Positions 51,001-64,000 of a stretch of DNA of 64,000 nt are shown here, piece after piece. Source of the stretch: Dictyostelium discoideum (lineage: Eukaryota). The notes under the pieces were generated by a model, which saw nothing but the letters and a program-made list of their open reading frames with translations, was not told where the DNA came from and did no database searches. Within the stretch, counting starts at the first letter, position 1, and each line of letters starts with the position of its first letter. A program made the position numbers and the translations under genes. The DNA lies in NCBI GenBank assembly GCA_000004695.1, contig CM000154.2:4608001-4672000 (forward strand), in the 5' to 3' direction.

Positions 51001-53413
51001 TGATAATGATGCTAGTGGTAGTGATAGTGGTGATTTTAGTGATATTAAAGGTATTTTCCATTTTGCATCATTGATTAATGATAAAAGAATTTTAAAACAT
51101 AATTTAGAATCATTTAATTATGTTTATAATAGTAAGGCTACTAGTGCTTGGAATTTACATCAAGTTTCATTAAAATATAATTTAAATTTGGATCATTTCC
51201 AAACTATTGGTTCAGTCATTACAATTCTTGGTAATATTGGTCAAAGCAATTACACTTGTGCAAATAGATTCGTTGAAGGTTTAACTCATTTACGTATTGG
51301 TATGGGTTTGAAATCAAGTTGTATTCATTTAGCTTCTATACCTGATGTTGGTATGGCTTCAAATGATAATGTTTTAAATGATTTAAATTCAATGGGTTTT
51401 GTGCCATTCCAATCACTCAATGAAATGAATTTAGGTTTTAAGAAATTATTATCATCACCAAATCCAATCGTTGTACTTGGTGAAATTAATGTTGATAGAT
51501 TCATTGAAGCAACTCCAAACTTTAGAGCAAAAGATAATTTCATTATTACTTCATTATTTAATCGTATTGATCCTTTACTATTAGTAAATGAAAGTCAAGA
51601 TTTTATTATTAATAATAATATTAATAATAATGGTGGTGGCGGCGATGGTAGTTTTGATGATTTAAATCAATTAGAAGATGAAGGACAACAAGGATTTGGT
51701 AATGGTGATGGTTATGTTGATGATAATATTGATAGTGTTTCAATGCTATCTGGAACATCATCTATTTTTGATAATGATTTCTATACTAAATCAATTAGAG
51801 GTATGCTTTGTGATATTTTAGAATTAAAAGATAAAGATTTAAATAATACAGTATCATTTAGTGACTATGGTTTAGATTCATTACTATCAAGTGAATTATC
51901 AAACACAATTCAAAAGAATTTCAGTATATTAATTCCAAGTTTAACTTTAGTTGATAATTCAACCATTAATTCAACTGTTGAATTAATTAAAAATAAATTA
52001 AAGAATTCAACAACTTCTTCAATTTCTTCAAGTGTATCTAAAAAAGTTTCATTTAAAAAAAATACTCAACCATTAATTATACCAACAACAGCACCAATAT
52101 CAATAATTAAAACACAAAGTTATATCAAATCTGAAATTATTGAATCATTACCAATTAGTAGTAGTACAACTATTAAACCATTGGTATTTGATAATTTAGT
52201 TTATAGTAGTAGTAGTAGTAATAATAGTAATTCTAAAAATGAATTAACATCACCACCACCAAGTGCAAAGAGAGAATCAGTTTTACCAATAATATCAGAA
52301 GATAATAATAGTGATAACGATTCGTCAATGGCAACAGTAATTTATGAAATTTCACCAATTGCTGCACCATATCATAGATATCAAACTGATGTATTAAAAG
52401 AGATTACACAATTAACACCACATAAAGAGTTTATTGATAATATTTATAAGAAATCAAAGATTAGATCAAGATATTGTTTCAATGATTTCTCTGAGAAATC
52501 AATGGCTGATATTAATAAATTGGATGCAGGTGAAAGAGTTGCACTCTTTAGAGAACAAACTTATCAAACAGTTATCAATGCAGGTAAAACAGTGATAGAG
52601 AGAGCTGGTATTGATCCAATGTTAATTAGTCATGTCGTTGGTGTCACTAGTACTGGTATTATGGCACCCTCTTTCGATGTGGTACTCATTGATAAATTGG
52701 GTCTATCAATTAATACTAGTAGAACTATGATCAATTTCATGGGTTGTGGTGCCGCTGTCAATTCAATGAGAGCTGCCACTGCTTATGCTAAATTAAAACC
52801 TGGTACTTTTGTATTGGTGGTTGCAGTGGAGGCATCGGCAACCTGTATGAAATTCAATTTCGATAGTCGTAGTGATCTATTATCACAAGCTATCTTTACC
52901 GATGGTTGTGTAGCTACGTTGGTAACTTGTCAACCAAAATCATCATTAGTTGGTAAATTGGAAATCATCGATGACTTGTCCTATTTAATGCCAGATTCAA
53001 GAGACGCTTTAAATCTATTCATTGGTCCAACTGGTATTGATTTAGATTTACGTCCTGAATTACCAATTGCAATCAATAGACATATCAATAGTGCTATTAC
53101 AAGTTGGTTGAAAAAGAATTCACTTCAAAAGAGTGATATCGAATTCTTTGCTACTCATCCTGGTGGTGCTAAAATCATTTCTGCCGTTCATGAAGGGTTA
53201 GGTTTATCACCAGAAGATCTATCAGATTCTTATGAAGTTATGAAAAGATATGGTAATATGATAGGTGTTTCAACTTATTATGTTTTACGTAGAATTTTAG
53301 ATAAAAATCAAACATTACTTCAAGAAGGTTCTTTAGGTTATAATTATGGTATGGCTATGGCCTTTTCACCTGGTGCTTCAATTGAAGCAATTTTATTTAA
53401 ATTAATTAAATAA
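44248..53413 (+). CDS. stlB: Steely-type hybrid polyketide synthase: type I FAS-like KS-AT-DH-ER-KR-ACP fused to a C-terminal type III (chalcone-synthase-like) PKS. Exons are 44248-44616 and 44876-53413, giving 2968 aa.
   Basis: KS (GIGCRFPG...DPQQRLLL|LAIETLEDG...TACSAS...HGTGT), AT (GHSLGE), DH (HxxxGxxxxP at NDHQIQDIPLVPF), ER (HSGCGGVGLA), KR (FTGFGGLTQ) and ACP (YGLDSLLSSEL). The C-terminal domain has the Cys/His/Asn triad of type III PKS (NFMGCGAAV, FFATHPGG, YGNMIGVS). The stlB assignment, as opposed to stlA, rests on length and the halogenase neighbour and is less certain than the family call. Confidence 0.85.
44676..44726. other. Perfect 22-bp-stem hairpin within PKS intron 1.
   Basis: ACATATATAGATAAAAATAAAT (44676-44697), loop CTTTAAA, then the exact reverse complement at 44705-44726. 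It is flanked by poly(A) and poly(T). There is additional imperfect symmetry between 44650-44675 and 44795-44815. Confidence 0.7.
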
Positions 53414-53421
53414 AATTAAAA

Positions 53422-53535
<114 letters not shown>

Positions 53536-53721
53536 ATAAATAATATAATAATAAATAATATAAAACAAATAAAAATTATTAAATTTCATTTATTTAATAA
53601 ATTAAAAATAAAAATAAAATTCTATTTTATTTCTTTATTTTTTTTTTTTTTCGAGCTAACTTATCTAGATTATTTCTTCGATTCCTCCCTCTATTATGAT
53701 CAATACTAAAAATTCGAAAAT

Positions 53722-53756
<35 letters not shown>

Positions 53757-53775
53757 CGACTTTTATTCAGTATAG

Positions 53776-53807
<32 letters not shown>

Positions 53808-54420
53808 AATCACTGAACATCCTTATACAAAAAATATAAAAAAAAAAAAATTATTTTATTTTTGCTTTTTTTTTTAATAATAGTTATTATTTATCTTTTA
53901 TTTCGTTCCATTTATTTTAATTGTTTATAATTGAAAAACAAAAAAATAAAAAATAATATGACATGTCTGAAAAGAGTGATCTCTGTTAAAAAAAAATGAA
54001 AAAAATAGAAAAAGCTCGTCCTGAAATTTTTTAATTTGTATAATATTGTCTTTATGAATTTAAAGGGCCACAGAAAAAAAAAAATAAAAAAATAAAAAAA
54101 ATAAATATGCACTAACTGAAAAGATTGACATTTTTACGAAAATAGTCTACAAAATGATACCTTTTTTTAATTAAAATTTTTCTGGGATATGGTCCAGCCC
54201 GAAAAATAAGATATTTATTTTCTCAACCCCATGTTAATCGAATCTTAAAAATTTGGTGATGATTTGGTTTGCTGCAAAAAAAAAAAAAAAAAAAAATAAT
54301 AAAAAAAAAATAAAAATAAAAAAATGGTGAAAAAAAAAGAAAAAAAAAAAAAGAAAAAAAGGAAAAACATATTGAAGAAGTAAACAAAAAAAATAAAAAT
54401 AAAAATAAAAAACATATATA

Positions 54421-57400
54421 ATGATGAATAAAATAGTTTATTTATTATTTTTTTTTATAATTTTAAATGTCGGATTTGTGTATTCAAAATTTGACATATT
54501 TGATATAACACCACAAAATAAACAAATTTCATACCCAGAAAGTTACTCAAGCCACCAATGCGCCATTTATAAATATATTTTAGTAAAAAATACAACACAA
54601 CCAGAAAGTATAGATAATATTAATCCAGCGAGTTTCTTTTTAACTTCCAATAGTGATAGTGCTATTTATTACCACTATTTGGTATTGGAGTTTGGAAAAG
54701 AACAACAAATCAATTTTACTGTTAATGGAATGGATACTGAAACTGGTTATCTAACAGTTAATTGTATTTGTAAAGGTAATTTATTTTTTATTGTTTTTTA
54801 TTTTATTGTTTTTTCACCCTTTTTCATCCTCCATTTTTTATTAAAGTACTAGTAACAGTTATTTGTTATCAACCAAATTTCAAAAAAAAAAAAAAAAAAA
54901 AAAAAATTATCTAATTTGGTAAAACAATAAATAAAAACATATTAATTTAGTTTTATTTTTTTTTTTAAAAAAAAGAGATAAATGTTTCATTGATTACAAT
55001 AGATATTATACAAAGCGTAACATGGAGTGATCATTTAAAGTATTCATCAATTGTTAGATTAAATGGAGTTCCAGATGAAAGTCCAAATCCAGGTGTTGAT
55101 GGTGTAATATTAAATAGATTGGGAAATTCATTATTCCAAATTCTTTATAAAGAAATTTATTACACCAAAATATCACCAAACCAACTCCAATGGGATATTG
55201 ATTTAGAATTTACAAATAAACAAATTTTAAAAGTTTCAGTTCCATTAAATCAATCAAGTAAGTTATTATTTTTTTTTTATCTCTCTCCAAAACTAGGATA
55301 TCCAATTATTAACCATACTTTAAAATTAAAATTAAACAAAAAGATATTGGACAAATTAATAATGTATTTGGATTTGAAGTTTATAAACAAAATAATTATC
55401 AATATAATGGTTTTTTTGGAGGTGGTTTATTATTTAAATCAAATTCTTCTATTCAAAGACCAATTTATACAGTTCTTTCACTCGTGAGTCCTTATTATTT
55501 TACAATGACACCTATTTCTGGAGTATTTCAAAATGTAACATATTATTTAAACCTTTTCCCAATTGCACCATTTAATCAAAGTTTTTCATTAAACTCTCAA
55601 AATGAAGATCTTTCTTTTGAAATTAAATATGAAACTTTTATAGAATTTATAAGTAAGTTTTCTTTCTTTTTTTTTTTTTTTTTTTTTTATCTAAAATTTA
55701 AAAAATTAATAATATGTATTTAAAATTTAATTTAAACTAGGTCAATCTGTTTCTGCATATTCACCAGCCACTCTTAGATATGATAACAGCTCTAGTTCAA
55801 TTGTATTTTATACAGGTTATTTTGATGGTGTTTCTCCTTATGACTTTAGATCATTTAAATGTAAGTCAAAAGGATTATTTGATTATGGAATAAACTATGC
55901 CTTCCCATTTGGATTTGTAAGTGGTAATAACGAGAATTCAGGAATGGGTATTTCAATACCAATGTCTCCAATTTCATCAAAGGATAAATTTGAATTCACA
56001 TATGATAGTATTAATGTTCCAATTGATGTTTTTTATACATTAGGTAAGTTTATTAAAAAAAAAAAAAAAAAAATTAGATAAATCAGTTTTATTAATATCC
56101 ATTAAATTTAATTTTTTTTTAAAAAAAAAGTTGATTCAAAACCATATCCATATATAACATCAATGGAAAAGATAAATATATATGGATTTAAATATATAGT
56201 AATTATAAATGCATATGATTCTTTTGGTGTAAAATATATCCATACAAGTGTGAATGGAGCATATATTAGAATTGGAACAGAATCATTGGTAAATGGAGAT
56301 AATAAAAATGGAGTTTGGGAATTTTTACATGATGGAGTTAAATTGGGAAGTGATTACGTTAATTCATTTACCATTGAAAATTTTTACGATTTAAAACAAG
56401 AATATCAACCATCCTATCCTTTTTCAACTTCAAATATTGACCAAACATTAGTTTTACCAGAAATTAAATTAAGTGGTATGTATTATTTAATTTAATTTAT
56501 AAAAATAATCTTAATTTAACTTTTATGATTTATTAATTTAATTTAATTTTTTTAAAAAAAAAAAGATAAAATTAATTTTTATAATGATATAAAAGATATT
56601 ACATTTAAGTTTAATAATGTTCATATTACAAATCAAAGTGTAGATAATATTTTATATTTTACATTTGATAATATTGAAAATTATAAAGATTTATCTATTG
56701 GTTTTTCATTAAATGACCCAAAATCATTAAAAGATATGAATTATCAAAGAGATATTAATAATCAAGTAAATTTTAATGATTATACATTTGCTCAATGGGA
56801 TGAATCAAATAGTAGATTTAGTGTTATGTTTAAAATGCCAGCAAATGTTATTCCAGGTGTATTAGATTGGTCATTAACTTTTTCAAAATATTATTCACTT
56901 ATTAGTACTGCTTTACCAGATCAATATCAATTAAAAGTAGTTTCAGAAAATATTGATATCATTGGTCCAATTGTAACAAAGGTTATTAAAAAAACTCCAA
57001 CTGATTTCGGAACTTTAAATGTTGGTTGGTTATTAACAATTGAAGATGAAATTAATGGTTTACTAAATGGTTTTATTACAATTAGAGGTGTTTTAGATTC
57101 ATCAGTATACAATTTCACAATTACACCATTAACAGCAGTAATTGGAAGTGGTGATAAATGGAAAGCAGATTATTTAATTTCAATTCCTTTAGATGGTAGT
57201 TTAAATAATTATGGTTGTATTATTCAAGATTATAGAATTTCAGATTTAAAACTTGTTGATTCATTTGGTAATACAAATTCTTATAACCATAATGTTAAAG
57301 CTAATGATGGTTCTTTAGACTATTCTTTATTTCAACGTCCAAATCCATTTTACTTATTTGATTTAAGCGAATTGACATTTTCAATTGATAATACAATGTG

Positions 57401-59213
57401 CAATGCTGTTTTTGATTCAACTGGACCAAAATTAACTTCTTTCCAAATTTCAAAAACAAAAATCGATGTAGGTTCACAAGATAGATCAATTACCTTTGAT
57501 TTTGCTGCACAAGATTTAGATAGTGGTTTGAAAGATGCTCAATTTCCAATTGTTTATTTAACAACTCAAAATCTTGATACTGCTCAATGTGTTTCTACTA
57601 TTGTTTCAAAAACAGATACATCTACTAATTATACATGTACAATTGATGTACCATTAGGTTTTTCTTATCCATTAGGTTTCACAGTATCAGTTTATGGTTT
57701 CATTAATAATGGTGGTTACTATTCTGGTTTCCCAACTGATGTAATTAAATCAATTTCACCAAATGCTTGGTATGTTTCAACAGATCAATATTCAATGGAT
57801 ATTCCAATCATTACAAGTTCAACAGTAATAACAAATCAAGGTGGTAATTTATGGTTAGGTGGTAGAGGTTTTAATTTTGTAGATGAAATTAAAATTACTT
57901 ACTCACCATCCAATATAGTATATAAACAAGTTTCAACTAATAAATTTAATAGTGCTTTATTAGTTTCTGATATTATTTCAACAAACGATCCATTTACAAT
58001 TCAACTCACAAATTCATCACCATTAAAACAATCAAATATATTTACAATTAATCCAGTATTATACTTTTTTAATTATACTGATCCAATTCCAACTACTTCT
58101 CCAACTCCAACTACTTCTCCAACTGTAGCCCCAACTAAATCACCAATTCCAACTAATCCTCCACAAAAATGTAAAGGTAATCCAGAATGTGGTGGAGAGG
58201 ATAAAGGTGCTTGTACAAGTAAAGGTTGTATTTGTTTCACTCCATGGTTTGGTCCGGATTGTAGTTCAAAATTAGTTGAAGTTGTACCACCATTAATTAA
58301 TGGTACTGGTCCATCTGTTGAAATCCCAACTCCTGGAGGAGAAGGTGGTTCATCAACAACAAGTGGAGGTTTACCACCACAAATAATTTATAAAACATTA
58401 GTTTCAGTTGTTTCATTAAGAGAATTAGATTTTAATGGTAAAGCAATAAAAACTATACCATTAAATTCATGGGAATATACTGAAATAAACTCAACAATTA
58501 GTCGATATGATACAATATTAACAATTGAGGGTAAACAAGAAAAAGTTAATGTAACTACAGTAATGCAGTGGTTTGATAAGAGTTCAACAATAGTTTTCGC
58601 AGGTCAACAATTAAAAATGAATCCATCAACTATTAAATTCAATATTGACATTTCAAGTTACCCTTTTTCACAAGCATTAAATCAACTTCAATTAGTAATG
58701 TCTGCAACATTAATTTCATCTGGTAATGATAATAGTGATATATGTTCATCAAAATCATTTGGTGATACAACAAATGGCGATGATTCAAACTTTATAAAAT
58801 TGCAAGTTGATGATCATTCTGTTTATGGTAGATTCTTAAAGAGAGCAATCGTTGATGATATCATTATTAGTGTTGATAATGTTTTATTAGATAGTTCATT
58901 AAATTCAATTGAATCAAATACACATACTCAACAATCATTTATTGGTATTAATATTCCACATTTTAGTAGACATGTTTCAATTGATCCTGATTTTTCACTT
59001 TTAATTGATCAAAATCCTGCATCAAAGTCAAGTGAAAATTCAATATGTTCAAATGATTCTGGTTTATCAAAAGGTCAAATTGCTGGTATTGTAATTGGTG
59101 CCACTGGATTTGCAGCAGTTGTATTTGTTAGTGCACTTTATTCAATTCACAAAACTAGATCAAACAAAAAAATGATTTCCAATATCTCAAAAAAATTAGA
59201 AACAATTAAATAA
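54421..59213 (+). CDS. Multi-exon type I membrane protein with an EGF-like module, paralogous in its C-terminal half to 12649-16076.
   Basis: Signal peptide MMNKIVYLLFFFIILNVGFVYS. About 9 exons joined by GTAAGT/GTATGT donors: 54421-54777, about 54990-55255, 55343-55482, 55500-55655, 55741-55862, about 55865-56043, 56130-56476 and 56570-59213. EGF-like CKGNPECGGEDKGACTSKGCICFTPWFGPDC. TM segment IAGIVIGATGFAAVVFVSALYSI. Shares the YGRF(L/I)(K/N)RA motif with the 12649 gene. Confidence 0.65.
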
Positions 59214-59659
59214 AAAAAAAAATAAAAAAATATAGAGAATAATAAAACAAAAATTTATTTTTTTTTAATTAATTAAAATGTATAACACTATTAAAAAAGG
59301 ATTTTCAAATATATGCTGGACCAACATAAAATCCAACATATATAATTATTGGACTCCACTTTGAGTTTTTATTTTCATCACAAAAATAATTTTTATTTAT
59401 ATTTTCATTTATTTTTGTTGTTTTTGATTTATTAATTTGGTTAATTGAAATAATTGATTCTTTTTTTTTTTTTTTTTTGTGAAAAATAATAAAAAGTTTT
59501 ATATATTAGAATAAATAATTTTTAATTTTTATATATAAAGAAAATAACTTACTAAACAATGACATTTTTTTATTTTATTTATTTTCTTTTAGATATGAAG
59601 AACATGGTTTTTATAAAATAAAAATGATTTGTTTATATAGTTTTTTTTTTTTTTTTTTA

Positions 59660-59698
<39 letters not shown>

Positions 59699-60573
59699 TA
59701 CCATTATTTGTTTGGTTAGATTTTTATCTATTAATAAATTTATAGAATATTTTTTATTCAACTTTAAAATAGCCAAAGCATGGTGTAAATTTTATAATTT
59801 TTTTTTTTTTTTCCAAAAAAAAAAAAAAACTATTAAAAATAAAAAAGTAATATCAAAAGAACACAAGCATATACCAACATTTTAAAAATTCATTGTAGTG
59901 GTAAATAAAGTGTGGTAGCATGTGGTTGAATTTTTTAAACCCAATATAAAAAAGTAATAAAACATAATTAATGATTCTCTAAAAAAAGGAAAAAAAAAAA
60001 TTTATAGATAAAGCATGGAAAAAAAAAAAATAAAAAAATTGAATCCACAGATCCATAAATTTATAAACATTTTATTTTTTAAAAAAAAAAAATTTAATCT
60101 TGTACAATCAAAACAAATAATTAATATGATTTTTAATATCATCATAAACAAAGAAATAAAAAAAAATAAAAAGAATGGGTATTAAGTTCTTTTAAATATA
60201 TGGATCGATAATTAAAAAAGGTTGTTTAAAAAATTTATTTTGGAAAATTAACAATTCAAATAATGAAGAATTTAAATCATTTTTTATTAAATTAATATTA
60301 TTTTTTAAAAAAATTTATCATTTATGGAAATAAATAAAAAAATAAAAAAAAAAAAAAAAAAGCTTTTAAAAACAAATAAAAATAAAATAATTTTTAATTT
60401 TAATTAATTATATATTTATTTTTTTATTTATTTTTTTATTTTTTTATTTTTTTATTTAGTTATTTTTTATTTATTTTATATATTTATTTTTTCTAAAAAA
60501 TATTAATTATCTTTTTTTTTTTTTTAATAATTTTTTTTTTTTAAAAAAAATTAATTATTTTTCACAACTCACT

Positions 60574-61371
<798 letters not shown>

Positions 61372-62840
61372 TTTTATTTTACTATATTTTTATTATTTTT
61401 ATTAAAATATAATTATAATTGATAAATAAATGGTAGAAATAAATAAATGATAGAAATAAATAAATTAACTATATAAATAAAAAAAAAGAAAAAAAAAAAC
61501 AAAAAAAAAAAAAAAAATAGTAATAATAAAAGTAAAATAAATTGAAAAACAATGAGTGGGTTGTGTTAAATATTTTTTAATTATTTTTATTCAAAAAAAA
61601 ATTGAATAAATTACTCTTTAATTTTACCACCTTTTTTTTTAAATGTTGCTTTATTAAAATGAAATTTTCTTTTTGGTACTTTATTATAATTAAAATAAAA
61701 TAAATATTAATAAATGTAAAATTTTATAAAATAAATATTATTATAATAAAAGTAATAATAAGGTTAGATTGATTTGATTTCTTGAAATTAATAACGAAAT
61801 TAATAACGAAATTAATTTGATTTCTAAAAAAATGTTTTTTTTTTTTCTATTTTTAGTGTAAAAAAGGGGGAAATAATTTATTTTATTTTAATTAATAAAA
61901 TAATAATAATTAATATTATTAAATTAAATTAAAAAGGAGTTAATAATCTTTTTAAAAACAAAATATAAAATAATTAAAATTATTCAATAGAGATTGAAAT
62001 CTCAGATAGGGTAGTATATTGAATAAAAAAAAAATAAAAAAATAAAAATAAAAAAATTAAAATAATAATAAAAATAAAAATAATAATAAAAATAAATGGA
62101 ATTATACTTTTTTGAATGTTAACCTTATTTGTAAATTATCAACTTATTTTTATTTGTAAAAAATAATTATATATGCTGTTAGTGCTCTTTTTTTTTAATT
62201 GAGTTTTTTTTTTTTGTGTTTTTTTTGTGTTTTTTTTGAGTGTTTTTTTTTTTATTTTAATACCATAAGGGGTATAAGAATTATGTTGTTGTTTTTTTTT
62301 TTTTTTTTGAGTGGTTATTTATTTTTGTGGTAGAGTGAGTATTTGTATCATTTTTTTTCTATTATTATAAATGTAGAATCGAAATTACAAAATCTCATAT
62401 CCTAGATATATTGCTTTGAATTTCTTTTTGTCAGTTATATGTAGAGTTTATAGGATCATAAATGGGACTAATTATAGAGTTTAATTTTTGAATATAAAAT
62501 TAAAAAAATTATTATTGATTTTATTTTTTTATTAAAAAAACTTCAGCGAAAGTGTTCAACTTGAATATTTTGACAATAGCAAATAGTAAATTTCTTGATT
62601 TTCTCCTAATGAATTAATTTTTGATTTTTTTGATTTCATAATTTTATTTTTATCAAAAGAAAAAAAACAAAATGAAAAAAAAAAAAAATAATAAAAATCA
62701 AAAAAAAAAAAAAAAAATTTAACATTGCTTTTTATTTTTTAATTATTAATTTAATTAAAATCAAAAAAAAATAAATAAAAAATAAATAAAAAATATATAA
62801 ATATAAATATTAAAAAAAAAAAAAAAAAAAAAAATCAACA

Positions 62841-63197
62841 ATGGAAATTTCCAAATTACTAAATAAATATAATAAATCTACTTTCTCATTACAACATAAC
62901 TTTGTTTCATATAGAGAAAAATTAAATTTAAAAAGCCATCAACAAAAACCTCAACAACAAATTCAATCATCTTTTGTAAATAATCATTATATTAGTAATA
63001 GCCAAGAATGTTTAAATGAACAATCAAATAAAATCAAAAAATGCCGTCACTTTGGCTGTAATAAACCTCTCCATACTAAGCATCGTAGAAGACACGAGAC
63101 AAGTGTCTTTCACCAAAGAAGACCATGTCCTCCAGATTGTTTGGCTTGTACTGGTGAATTCAAGAAAGGAAGACAAAGAATTAATTATAAAAATTAA
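62841..63197 (+). CDS. Hypothetical small Cys/His-rich protein of 118 aa, possibly a zinc ribbon.
   Basis: ATG-initiated ORF with KCRHFGCNKPLHTKHRRRHE and RRPCPPDCLACTGEFKKG clusters. No family assigned. Confidence 0.35.
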   Translation: MEISKLLNKYNKSTFSLQHNFVSYREKLNLKSHQQKPQQQIQSSFVNNHYISNSQECLNEQSNKIKKCRHFGCNKPLHTKHRRRHETSVFHQRRPCPPDCLACTGEFKKGRQRINYKN

Positions 63198-64000
63198 TCA
63201 TTAAAAAAAAAAAAAAAAAAAAAAATCTCAATTTATTTAAACAAAAATTAATAAAAAAAAAAAAAATGTATATTATAACCTCTTTTTAATTATTTATTGT
63301 AAGTTTCTATTTTTAATTTTTTTTTTTTTTTATTATTTCATTTTTTTTTTTTTTTTTTATTATTCAATTTGTTTTTGTTTTTTTTTGATTTATCAATATT
63401 ATTGTTAATTTGAATTATTTCGAATTAACCCACACACTCACTCACACACCTCTACCACACATCCTGTCAATTTTTTACTTTTATTTTTTTTTTTTTTATG
63501 ATATAAAATTACTTGTTTCTATTATAATAATAATAATAGTAGTACTCGATCTATAAATTCGATAATGAGCGGATAATATAAATACAAAAAAAAAAAAAAA
63601 AACATATAAAAAAATTAAACTTTATGTGTATACCAGTTTTTACAAACACAAAAAACAAGTTTTTATTAAAAATCTAATGGGGTGATATTATTTTATGGGT
63701 TGTTCTAAAAATAAATCCTATAGGGAAGTTGATATTGATTATTTATATACATGTAAACTTTTTTATATTAAAAATTTTGTGTCAGGGTGAATTTTCTAAA
63801 TTATACCATATAGTAAATAACAATAGCAAATATATTTTCATATGAATAGAATAAAATAACAAGACCAAATGTTGATTTCAATTTTTTCACGTAAAAAAAT
63901 AAAAAAAGAAATAATTAAAAAAATAAAAAATAATAATTAAAAAGAAAATTAAAAAAAAAAAGTACTATTTATATAAACAAATAAATAAAAAAAATATTCA

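Noticed and set aside
45681-51543. Short antisense and alternate-frame ORFs within the PKS (45681-45980, 45730-46017, 48006-48275, 48883-49104 and 51325-51543).
   Set aside because: They are embedded in a continuous 2846-codon exon with clear domain content. They arise from Asn/Ser-rich linker repeats.

Overview
This window is an extremely AT-rich eukaryotic sequence with long poly(A)/poly(T) tracts, (ATT)n microsatellites, short AT-rich introns with GTAAGT/GTATGT donors and Asn/Ser/Thr-rich proteins. It looks like Dictyostelium discoideum nuclear DNA, so I use spliced gene models; prokaryotic feature classes (CRISPR, operons) do not apply. The content, from 5' to 3', is as follows. (1) 1-5500: a nested tandem array of five divergent Rab-like small GTPase paralogs, two canonical, two with a degenerate P-loop and switch II, and one with a CC prenylation tail. 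Opposite-strand gene fragments are embedded in it. (2) 5700-12400: an HDDC2-type HD-domain phosphohydrolase, a small FHA-domain protein, the NAD(P)HX dehydratase NAXD, a TMEM199/Vma12-like V-ATPase assembly factor and an acidic low-complexity protein. (3) Two paralogous multi-exon type I membrane proteins with an EGF-like Cys-rich module (12649-16076 on the minus strand and 54421-59213 on the plus strand). (4) An uncharacterised multigene family with three intact copies and two decayed copies. (5) A large multi-exon gene (20184-28495, minus strand) encoding a signal peptide, repeated MRH-like domains, IPT/TIG repeats and a TM segment. It is divergently paired with a DNase II-like gene that carries a long C-terminal extension, and the two are separated by a roughly 590 bp near-perfect palindrome. 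(6) A rearranged patch containing a DDE-transposase remnant, a minisatellite, a B-box protein and a frameshifted FNIP-repeat gene. (7) A divergent pair of a flavin-dependent halogenase (WxWxIP motif) and a Steely-type hybrid type I/type III polyketide synthase of 2968 aa. This is consistent with the DIF-1 chlorinated-polyketide pathway (stlB plus chlA-like). (8) A glycine-cleavage H-protein paralog whose lipoyl-lysine is replaced by Asn, and small Cys-rich ORFs. I found no tRNA or rRNA genes and no CRISPR array.
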